A stretch of DNA of 49,155 nucleotides from Candidatus Gastranaerophilales bacterium (GCA_028282645.1 JANQHM010000245.1:1-49155), one strand, 5' to 3'. Positions 38,063 through 45,290 are shown, numbered from the stretch's first letter. Numbers and translations are program-made. The notes: a model not told the origin generated them from the letters alone.

Positions 38063-38090
38063 AGGTGACGAAAGTCACCCTTTTTATTTT
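38063..38090. terminator. Bidirectional-looking hairpin terminator
   Basis: GGTGAC-gaaa-GTCACC has an A-run upstream and TTTTTATTTT downstream. It is probably the terminator of minus-strand gene 38223..38777, now separated from that gene by the MITE insertion. Confidence 0.55.
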
Positions 38091-38123
38091 GGTCTCATTT
38101 ATGTAGCCTGTTTTTATATTTTT

Positions 38124-38216
38124 GGTGATGGTCATCACCTTTCTCATGTCATAGCTGTAAGCTTTTGATATAACTTAAGTTTACTTGTAAGCATCAGTAC
38201 TCAACTGACCACTACC
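38124..38216 (+). mobile_element. 93-bp MITE, copy 2
   Basis: It is flanked by a perfect 8-bp duplication: atattttt at 38116-38123 and at 38217-38224. Confidence 0.85.
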
Positions 38217-38222
38217 ATATTT

Positions 38223-38777
38223 TTATTTATTGGAAAACTCTACTATTGCGCTTGCTTTGGTTTTTTGTTTTTTTGAGCTTGTTTCATAAACTTTTTGCCA
38301 GCTTTTTAAGACGGATTCTTGTAAATGTTGTTTATCATCCTTTGATAGTATATTCCAGTAGTTTGGCTTTATTATTACTATCAGTTTATTCTCCTGCTCG
38401 TGGGAGACAAAGGCATTTTGTATGTAGTTGCGGTATGTAGTGTTTTTTATGTTGTTTATTACTTGTATATTTAGCGGAGATAGAGACCTTGTAGTTATTG
38501 TGGGGTCTTTTAAGTGGCTGATAACTATATTTTTTAATCCGGCCAGGTTTATTATTAGTATCAGTGAAAGGAAGAATGATAATACCCATACGGGGATTAA
38601 TATTGCAAATTTTTTACTGTTTTGATTGGCTTTTAAGTAGAAACCGCAATCACAAAAGGCTTTGGAGTCTGTTATTAATATTTGGCAGTTTGGGCATGTT
38701 TTGTCTTGCACTATGTCATTTTTTACATAGATTTTTTTATTGTTGAATGTTTCTACTTTTATACCTTCTTTATTCAT
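38223..38777 (-). CDS. Hypothetical membrane protein with an N-terminal zinc-ribbon
   Basis: The zinc-ribbon motif is CPNCQILITDSKAFCDCG. One TM follows (FAILIPVWVLSFFLSLILIINLAG), then a roughly 100-aa extracytoplasmic domain. Confidence 0.55.
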   Translation of the reverse strand: MNKEGIKVETFNNKKIYVKNDIVQDKTCPNCQILITDSKAFCDCGFYLKANQNSKKFAILIPVWVLSFFLSLILIINLAGLKNIVISHLKDPTITTRSLSPLNIQVINNIKNTTYRNYIQNAFVSHEQENKLIVIIKPNYWNILSKDDKQHLQESVLKSWQKVYETSSKKQKTKASAIVEFSNK

Positions 38778-38806
38778 TTTTACCCGTTTTTTCTTTAATT
38801 TTTATT

Positions 38807-38901
38807 CGATAGAATGCCCCGACCCTTGGGTTGCTAACTTATGCAAAGCAAAGCTTTGCGTTTAAAGTTATGGGGCTGATACCTCGACCCTTGGATCGAG
38901 G
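38807..38901 (+). mobile_element. Palindrome-bearing short element, copy X (right tail missing)
   Basis: TTATT (38802-38806) precedes it. The sequence cgatagaatgccccgacccttgggttgctaacttatgcaaagcaaagctttgcgtttaaagttatggggctgatacctcgacccttggatcgagg aligns along its length with 40466-40560. Confidence 0.75.
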
Positions 38902-39125
38902 ATATAAAAAAATGTTATATTTACTAAGTTTACGAGTTTAATACTAGCTTATTTTGAAAAAATTTAAATAGGTTAAAAGGTTAGTTTTGCAATATATTGC
39001 GGGGTAATTTACTTTTATTATTTAGTATTTTGAAAATTTAATTTGTAAACTTTTTTCTAATGAAAAAAGATGATTTAAAATATATATTTAAAATTATAAT
39101 AAGCTTAGTGGGGAGATGCTTGGTT

Positions 39126-39326
39126 ATGGGCGTCAATGCTGAAAAAGACTTTAAAGATAATTCTTATCAAAGGACTCAAAAGGCCAAAAAATCTCTTGAT
39201 AATTATATAGATCAGCTGGAATTACATTTTGACCTGGATGATAAAGCTGTTTATAATATATTAAAATCCACCATGCAGACCAGAAAAAATAAAAATTTGA
39301 AAAAAAGATGGTGGCAGGTGTGGTAA
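39126..39326 (+). CDS. Small basic hypothetical protein
   Basis: The ATG at 39126 is preceded by GGGGAGA, whereas the track start at 39060 lacks an RBS. The product is 66 aa and ends KKRWWQVW. Confidence 0.35.
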   Translation: MGVNAEKDFKDNSYQRTQKAKKSLDNYIDQLELHFDLDDKAVYNILKSTMQTRKNKNLKKRWWQVW

Positions 39327-39382
39327 TCATTTAAAAAAAAAGTTAAAATAGATTCTGTAATGAAAATGTATTAAGGGTGAAT

Positions 39383-39967
39383 ATGCCTAGCGATAAAAAG
39401 AAAATTGAAATTGACAGTGTTTTTGTTCAAAAGATATTTAGCCTGGCTGATTTAATACCGCCTGAAGAGGTTACTTCTATTGATTTAAATAGGGCTTTGA
39501 CTAAAATAGAGTTGAAGTTTAATAGTATGCTTGCCAGTCAGAATAATGTAGGTGCTGGTACGTCTGATACTACACAGAGTAAATTACCTGAGAATGGTAA
39601 AAAAGTTCTTGTTGTTGATGATATGGGAATAATTGCTTATCAATTGGATGTTATATTTAAAAAGATGGGTTTTGATGTTATAGTTTCTCAGGAAATTTAT
39701 GATGCTATAGAAAAATTCAGAGCTGATAAATTTGATTTTGCCGTGATTGATTTGTTTATACCAACGGAAAAAGAAGGTTTTATTTTGCTGGATGAGCTTA
39801 AAAAAATGTCTATCATAAACAGGCATGATACTAAAATTATTGTTATGACTGCATCTTCTAAGGTTGAAAATAAAGAAAAATGCCTGAGAAAGGGTGCCAG
39901 TTTTTATATAGAAAAAGCTCAGGGATGGCAGAAGAAGATAATGGAATCTTGTTTAGCTGCTAAGTGA
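39383..39967 (+). CDS. Response-regulator receiver protein with a ~75-aa N-terminal extension and no output domain
   Basis: REC landmarks are VLVVDD, AVIDLFIP (phospho-acceptor Asp), IIVMTAS and FYIEKA. It is a paralogue of the next gene. Confidence 0.75.
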   Translation: MPSDKKKIEIDSVFVQKIFSLADLIPPEEVTSIDLNRALTKIELKFNSMLASQNNVGAGTSDTTQSKLPENGKKVLVVDDMGIIAYQLDVIFKKMGFDVIVSQEIYDAIEKFRADKFDFAVIDLFIPTEKEGFILLDELKKMSIINRHDTKIIVMTASSKVENKEKCLRKGASFYIEKAQGWQKKIMESCLAAK

Positions 39968-39987
39968 TTTAAGGATAGGATGTATTT

Positions 39988-40401
39988 ATGTCTGTAGAAA
40001 ATGTTGTTAATGAAGGTGATTTTGTATTGGTAGTTGATGACCTTGGTGTTATTACCTATCAGTTGGATAGATTATTGTCTGACCGTGGCTTTTGTGTGAC
40101 GGTTTCTAAAGAAATATATGACTCTATTGATAAATATAAAAAGCAGGATTATAAGCTTGTTGTTATGGATTTATTTATACCTACCGAGCGTGAGGGGTTT
40201 ATTCTCCTTGACGAGATTAAAAAGCTTTCGCTTTTGTGTAAACTGAATACCAAGATTATTGTTATGACTGCCTTCTCTAAGAATGAATATAAGGCAAGGT
40301 GTTTGAACCGCGGTGCTGATTACTATATAGAAAAGGCTCCGGGCTGGCAGAATAAAGTATTGAAGGCGTGCATGGGCGAAGGTATTGAGGACGAGGATTA
40401 A
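39988..40401 (+). CDS. Stand-alone response-regulator receiver protein
   Basis: REC landmarks are VLVVDD, VVMDLFIPTEREGF, IIVMTAF and YYIEKAPGWQNK. The product is 137 aa. Confidence 0.8.
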   Translation: MSVENVVNEGDFVLVVDDLGVITYQLDRLLSDRGFCVTVSKEIYDSIDKYKKQDYKLVVMDLFIPTEREGFILLDEIKKLSLLCKLNTKIIVMTAFSKNEYKARCLNRGADYYIEKAPGWQNKVLKACMGEGIEDED

Positions 40402-40465
40402 GTTTATAAATTTTTTGTTTCAAATATGAACAAAATAAGTTTAAATTTAAGTCAATAAATTTATT

Positions 40466-40569
40466 CGATAGAATACCCCGTCCCTTGGGTCGCTAACTTA
40501 TGCAAAGCAAAGCTTTGTGTTTAAAGTTATGGGGCTGATACCTCGACCCTTGGGTCGAGGAGGTTCATT
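40466..40569 (+). mobile_element. Palindrome-bearing short element, copy Y (full length, 104 bp)
   Basis: It is inserted exactly between aaatttatt and ataaaataaaaaggg. Those two sequences are contiguous at 41488-41512 and 42377-42400 (empty sites). Hairpins are CGTCCC-tt-GGGTCG, GCAAAGC-aaa-GCTTTGC and CCTCGACC-cttg-GGTCGAGG. Confidence 0.85.
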
Positions 40570-40614
40570 ATAAAATAAAAAGGGCAAATAAAAAATATGG
40601 TTGGCCTTTTTGTT

Positions 40615-40917
40615 TTATTTTTTGCTTTTTGTTTTATAACCATCCAAGGCAGATATAAATGCTGTAGTAATGATTCCTGTAACGCTAGTACACAGTAGTA
40701 ACGTGCTAAGAGTCTCCTTTCCTCTTAATAAAGCCCAAAGACTTAACCCGCACAGAGCGGACATTGTGGTGTATATAGACATATAAATTATCCCTTTTTT
40801 CTTTTCTCCATTTTGGAAGTGACGAAGGCCAGGGAGTTTCTGTGTTCCTGTAAATTTAATCCTGGTATTATTGGCAGATTGTAATTGTATTGCTCTATTG
40901 TGTGGATTTACTTGCAT
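40615..40917 (-). CDS. Small membrane protein, PGL-motif family, tandem copy 1
   Basis: It is 100 aa with LPGLRHFQNGEKKKG followed by two hydrophobic segments. It is a paralogue of 41018..41392. Confidence 0.55.
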   Translation of the reverse strand: MQVNPHNRAIQLQSANNTRIKFTGTQKLPGLRHFQNGEKKKGIIYMSIYTTMSALCGLSLWALLRGKETLSTLLLCTSVTGIITTAFISALDGYKTKSKK

Positions 40918-41017
40918 ATATATTTTCCCAATCTATTAGCCTAATAAATTTATATCAATAATAAATAAAAACATATTAAATATAAATAAAATGAGTTGGA
41001 ATATCTATATTTATGTT

Positions 41018-41392
41018 TTATTTTTTATTAGGTTCTCTGTATGCATCAACTGTTGATATAATTCTTGTAGCAATTATTCCCAGCCCTCCGATAGCGGCTT
41101 GAGTTCTACTAACAGCATTTTTTTTGTCTCGGAGTAATGCAGTGGTTCCTATTATCCATATTGCATCTGAAATAAACTCAGAAGCCATGTGGGCAATACC
41201 TTTAGCGGTTTGTCCATTCAAGAATTGGCCAAGACCAGGGAGAAAAAAGGATGCTAGTGCAGGGACTCCATGTGTGTTCTGTTCAATACTATCGGGTTTA
41301 TATTCTTTATTATTGCTTGCAAATTTAACTCTACTATTTAATTGTTTGCCAGGTTGTGCTTGTATGGCTTTGTTGAAGGAACTTACTTGCAT
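41018..41392 (-). CDS. Small membrane protein, PGL-motif family, tandem copy 2
   Basis: It is 124 aa with FLPGLGQFLNGQTAKGIAHM and two hydrophobic segments. Its 5' and 3' flanks are the same as those of copy 1. Confidence 0.55.
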   Translation of the reverse strand: MQVSSFNKAIQAQPGKQLNSRVKFASNNKEYKPDSIEQNTHGVPALASFFLPGLGQFLNGQTAKGIAHMASEFISDAIWIIGTTALLRDKKNAVSRTQAAIGGLGIIATRIISTVDAYREPNKK

Positions 41393-41540
41393 ATTTATTT
41401 TCCAATCTATTGGTTTTATAAATTTACATTAATAATAAGTAAAAACATATCAAATATAAACAAAATAAGTTTAAATTTAAGTCCATAAATTTATTATAAA
41501 ATAAAAAGGGCAAATAAAAAATATGTTTGGCCTTTTTGTT

Positions 41541-41800
41541 TTATTTTTTGCTTGGTTTTCTGCAAGTATCTGTAACTGATAGAATTGCTGTGGCAATTGC
41601 ACCTATCGTACCAGTACAAGATAGTAAAATACCAAGCTTTTTCTTGTTTTTAAGTGTGGCCAAAACGTCAATGTCGCACAGAGTCGTCATTGCTGCATAA
41701 ATGGTTGAAGTATTTAAGACCTGGTAGGAAAGTTGCTATAGTTGTTTTGTGCTGTATTCTTGCAGCGTGTTATTTTATTCGGGAAGCCTTCTTGTTTCTG
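41541..41800 (-). pseudogene. Decayed third copy of the PGL-motif small membrane protein
   Basis: The minus strand encodes ...IYAAMTTLCDIDVLATLKNKKKLGILLSCTGTIGAIATAILSVTDTCRKPSKK in one frame. LPGLKYFN lies in another frame, preceded by an in-frame TAA. The 5' UTR and start codon region present in the other copies is deleted. Confidence 0.6.
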
Positions 41801-41850
41801 CCTACAACTTTAATAATAAGTAAAAATATATTGAATATAAACAAAATATG

Positions 41851-42246
41851 TTATTTGTTTTTATTTTTACGTACCTTGACAAATGCAACAGTTCCGAAAA
41901 AAGTTTTTTTTGCCATAAGGTCATCCGGCATTGTCTCCATGCCAGGCCATAAAAAAATCACGACAGGAGCCAGGCAGAATCTAAACAGGGAGGGTGCTCT
42001 TACTATTTTAGTATCTTCCGGTAAAATACGATATTTATTAATAATATCTATTTGTTCATCGGTAAGGCATCCGGTTAATCGCCTTATAAGGCTAACTTTT
42101 AGTTGGGGTTTTAATTCAATGATGTCATTATTATTAATATTAAAGTAAGCCTTGCCGAGTTTTGACGGATGAGGCACATCAGGTTGCCCTGATCTGTTGG
42201 GCTGTAGAGGATGTTTATTACCGGCAAAGTTGCAGGTTATCTTCAC
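41851..42246 (-). CDS. Hypothetical protein
   Basis: The GTG start is preceded by AAGGGGAG. The 131-aa product has no family resemblance. Confidence 0.45.
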   Translation of the reverse strand: MKITCNFAGNKHPLQPNRSGQPDVPHPSKLGKAYFNINNNDIIELKPQLKVSLIRRLTGCLTDEQIDIINKYRILPEDTKIVRAPSLFRFCLAPVVIFLWPGMETMPDDLMAKKTFFGTVAFVKVRKNKNK

Positions 42247-42433
42247 TGTATTGCTCCCCTTTGATGCTTAAATTCCTATACTATTGTTATTAAATCAAAA
42301 AATATTTATATTTTACAATTTTGAATATTTAAATTAATAATTCTTTAATTAAATTAAGGTTAATTTATAAAATCAATAAATTTATTATAAAATAAAAGGG
42401 CAAATAAAAATATGTTTTGCCTTTTTGCATATA

Positions 42434-42494
42434 TATACAGGTTCTAAATTAAATTTTAGATTACTCTTTGGAATGAGCTTATAAAAAATAAAAT
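42434..42494 (+). repeat. Conserved ~60-nt upstream block, copy 2
   Basis: See 6524-6585. This copy lies about 145 nt upstream of the 42639 start. Confidence 0.6.
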
Positions 42495-42530
42495 TGATCA
42501 TTTCATTTTTTAACGCTCCCACTTCGCAAT

Positions 42531-42612
42531 TCAGAAAATAGTTTATTTTATTAGTTTTTAACTGATTTGATTAAAGAATCTGAAAAGTATTTTTAAGTTA
42601 GTATACAGAAAT
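42531..42612 (+). repeat. Intergenic repeat R3, copy without a MITE (approximate right limit)
   Basis: tcagaaaatagtttattttattagtttttaactgatttgattaaagaatctgaaaagtatttttaagttagtata aligns with 45187-45197 plus 45291-45360. Confidence 0.6.
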
Positions 42613-42638
42613 TTAATAAAGGAAGATTTAAAGGGAAA

Positions 42639-44249
42639 ATGAGTATAATTGGTACGCTAAGAGAATTAAGCAGTTCAGGTAAAAATTATAAAGCCTGGGA
42701 AGATAATAATAAGCAGAATGAATACAAGCGAAAAGAGCTGCTGAAAACAAAACAATTTTCGCCGGAAAGTATAGAGTCTGCGAGGCGAAAAGCTGAAATG
42801 CTAGTTGATAATATAAGTATTATGGATCAAAGATCGGAGACTTTTTCTCAGGATATAGAGGCAGCCATTCAGGTTTCATCTTTATTTGCTATTCTGCCGA
42901 CTTTGACTTTAGGGCCTTTGGCATTAATGAAGCATATTAATAAATGCCCAAAGGTTGTACAAAAAGTGGTTTCCAGTCTGCCTGTACCTATACTGGGAAC
43001 TCTGATGGGAACTTTGTCAAGCCTGCCTTTTGTATCACTAGAGTTAATCTTGCAAAAAAAAGCATCAAGAGTTGGAAGATATATGGCACAAAGGGATGAT
43101 TTAAAAAATCCTGCAAACTTTGCCGTTTTAAGTGAGGTGCAAAAAGTCAGGGTTAATAATATTGCTCAAAATATGTCTGATGATAAAGTGAATGAAAAGC
43201 TAAAAAGAGGCAACTTTATTGATGGCCTTAAAAATTTATTTAGATTTCCTGCTAATTATGGAGCTTATAAGAAGCATTTAAAAGAATCAGAAAGAGAAGA
43301 AAACGAATTAAAGAAAAATTTTGTGAAATTAGTTCCTAATGAGGCTTTGTGTAAAGCTCAAAGAGATAAAAAACTGATAATGAACTTGGCAAACAAGATA
43401 GATATGAAATCACAAGAGTACTCGGAAAACGTTGAATTTGCTACTAATACTATTCTTATAGGCGGATTTATACCTTCCGGCATGGCAGGGGCTTTAATGT
43501 TTGGTGTATCCAGGTTGATCCCGGGTCTCAAACAAAAATTTTTAACCTCTATGTCTCTATCTGTTTTAACCTCTTTAGTTGTAGAGTTTGGGCTTCTCCT
43601 GTCTTCTTTAGGACTTATAAAAAATGCTGCACAATTGGGTAGATTTGTAGCTAAAAAAGAAATACTAAATAACCCGGAGAATTATTTAGAGATCCGGGAT
43701 GAAGAATTAAAAAATATACCGGATAAAAATCTTAATGGTGGTAATGATAATAAAAAAGGGGTGAAAGGTAAAATAAAGTTGATAAAAACTTTGTTTAAAG
43801 ATTATTTCGAGTATAAAAAATATAATAAAGAGCAACTTAAAAAAGATTTGAAATACAAAGAGGCTCTTAATCAAATAAAATTAACTCCTGAACAAGAAAA
43901 AGAAGCAAAACAGCTTCAGAAAAATACATTTAGAGTTTTTGACAAGACAGATAGCTACTCAGAGGAATTTGCGGAAGATGTTGAATCATTACAAGGGTAT
44001 TCGACCCCCTTATTTACTCTCGCTCCTTTATTTACACCTATAGCAGCAGCTAAATTTAAAGCATCGCCCAAGGTGGCAAAGGTAGTAGATTTTTCTGGAT
44101 TTATAGCAAGTTTATTAGGTATTTTCGGCTTAGACGCATTCATAACTAAAAAACAAATACAAGCAACAAAAATAGCTCATATGAAAGCCGACAAAGAGCT
44201 GAATGACCCCCGGCTTTTTGTTGACTATAGTAGTTTAAATGTAAATTAA
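42639..44249 (+). CDS. Polytopic membrane protein built from three internal repeats
   Basis: It is 536 aa. Each repeat is an acidic motif (SQDIEAA / SENVEFA / AEDVESL), two TM segments, then an amphipathic tail. The tails end DLKNPANF / ILNNPENY / ELNDPRLF. Confidence 0.6.
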   Translation: MSIIGTLRELSSSGKNYKAWEDNNKQNEYKRKELLKTKQFSPESIESARRKAEMLVDNISIMDQRSETFSQDIEAAIQVSSLFAILPTLTLGPLALMKHINKCPKVVQKVVSSLPVPILGTLMGTLSSLPFVSLELILQKKASRVGRYMAQRDDLKNPANFAVLSEVQKVRVNNIAQNMSDDKVNEKLKRGNFIDGLKNLFRFPANYGAYKKHLKESEREENELKKNFVKLVPNEALCKAQRDKKLIMNLANKIDMKSQEYSENVEFATNTILIGGFIPSGMAGALMFGVSRLIPGLKQKFLTSMSLSVLTSLVVEFGLLLSSLGLIKNAAQLGRFVAKKEILNNPENYLEIRDEELKNIPDKNLNGGNDNKKGVKGKIKLIKTLFKDYFEYKKYNKEQLKKDLKYKEALNQIKLTPEQEKEAKQLQKNTFRVFDKTDSYSEEFAEDVESLQGYSTPLFTLAPLFTPIAAAKFKASPKVAKVVDFSGFIASLLGIFGLDAFITKKQIQATKIAHMKADKELNDPRLFVDYSSLNVN

Positions 44250-44266
44250 AGGCTTTATACGGAGGG

Positions 44267-45112
44267 TTACGGACTAATAAAGTTATTAACGGCTTCCAAT
44301 ATATTGGTAATAACTGTTGAAAAGCGGTTACTCTCGCTTTTTGGTATAGTTTTGGGTGTTGGAAAATTAATACTTGCTATAACTTTTACCAACTTGGAGT
44401 TTGCCTTTATATTGTAGATATGTCCATTTATTACTTTACCTTCTATATTGGCAATGTTTCCATCATTATCATGGATAAGAAAAATTTTACCCCGTTCATT
44501 TAAAAAAATAATCTTCCCTGTAATCTCCGAATTAGGGCTGATTGTAATGGTTGGATTTTGTTGACTTGATGCTATGGTTATACCCCCTTTAACCTTGGAT
44601 TTATCTCCAATTATAACTCTAGGAGTATCATTATCAGCTGTTACTCCTATCTCTCCATTAACAACTGAATTCTTTAATGCAACCAATTCATCCGCTTCAA
44701 TACTTTCAACAGTTGAATTTTCTAAAAATATTTGATTAGCATTTATTACAGTTGCCTTACTGTTATTTAAACCAGCATATTGGGAGTTTATTAAATTCGC
44801 AGAACTACTTTGTAATGATACAAAATTTTTAGCTATAACTTTATCAGCATTACTATTTTCTAATATGATATTATTTCCTGTTTTGCTTTCGGCTTTTTTA
44901 TTATTATTTATTATTATTGTAGAGCTTAAATCTTCTTTTGGCTCTATTGCTTGTGCTTGAATTTTTCCCCGGTTATGTAAATACTCCATGGCAGGTGAGG
45001 TTTTATGGGGAGATGGGCCTTTGAAAGTTATATTTTGTGATTTATTTTTGTGATTATCTTGTATTTTAAATTTATTAAATTGCCTATAATTGCTAATCCT
45101 TGTAATTCTCAT
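44267..45112 (-). CDS. Hypothetical protein with a beta-helix-like repetitive core
   Basis: AAGGAT RBS. The core has short repeats rich in N/S/I/V/G (NIILENSNADKVIAKNFVSLQSSSANLINSQYAGLNNSKATVINANQIFLENSTVESIEADELVALKNSVVNGEIGV...). This resembles bactofilin or left-handed beta-helix proteins, without a firm match. Confidence 0.5.
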   Translation of the reverse strand: MRITRISNYRQFNKFKIQDNHKNKSQNITFKGPSPHKTSPAMEYLHNRGKIQAQAIEPKEDLSSTIIINNNKKAESKTGNNIILENSNADKVIAKNFVSLQSSSANLINSQYAGLNNSKATVINANQIFLENSTVESIEADELVALKNSVVNGEIGVTADNDTPRVIIGDKSKVKGGITIASSQQNPTITISPNSEITGKIIFLNERGKIFLIHDNDGNIANIEGKVINGHIYNIKANSKLVKVIASINFPTPKTIPKSESNRFSTVITNILEAVNNFISP

Positions 45113-45197
45113 GCTTTGTTTGATCCTTTTCTTGTAAATAAAGAATATTATATACTTCTCATTAATTAAATTCCAGATTTTTCTTTTCAGAAAATAG

Positions 45198-45290
45198 GGT
45201 GATGGTAATCACCTTTCTTATGTCATCGCTGTAAGCTTTTGATATAACTTGAGTTTACTTGTAAGCATCAGTACTCAATTGACCACTGCC
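45198..45290 (+). mobile_element. 93-bp MITE, copy 3
   Basis: It is flanked by a perfect 8-bp duplication: gaaaatag at 45190-45197 and at 45291-45298. The paralogous repeat at 42531-42560 carries a single gaaaatag and no insert. Confidence 0.85.

Noticed and set aside
38008-38090. A possible plus-strand small RNA, formed by TATAAT at 38008-38013 followed about 50 nt later by the strong hairpin terminator.
   Set aside because: The only -35-like hexamer (TTGTCA) is just 12 nt from the -10. The hairpin is equally well explained as the bidirectional terminator of minus-strand gene 38223..38777. There is not enough support without expression data.
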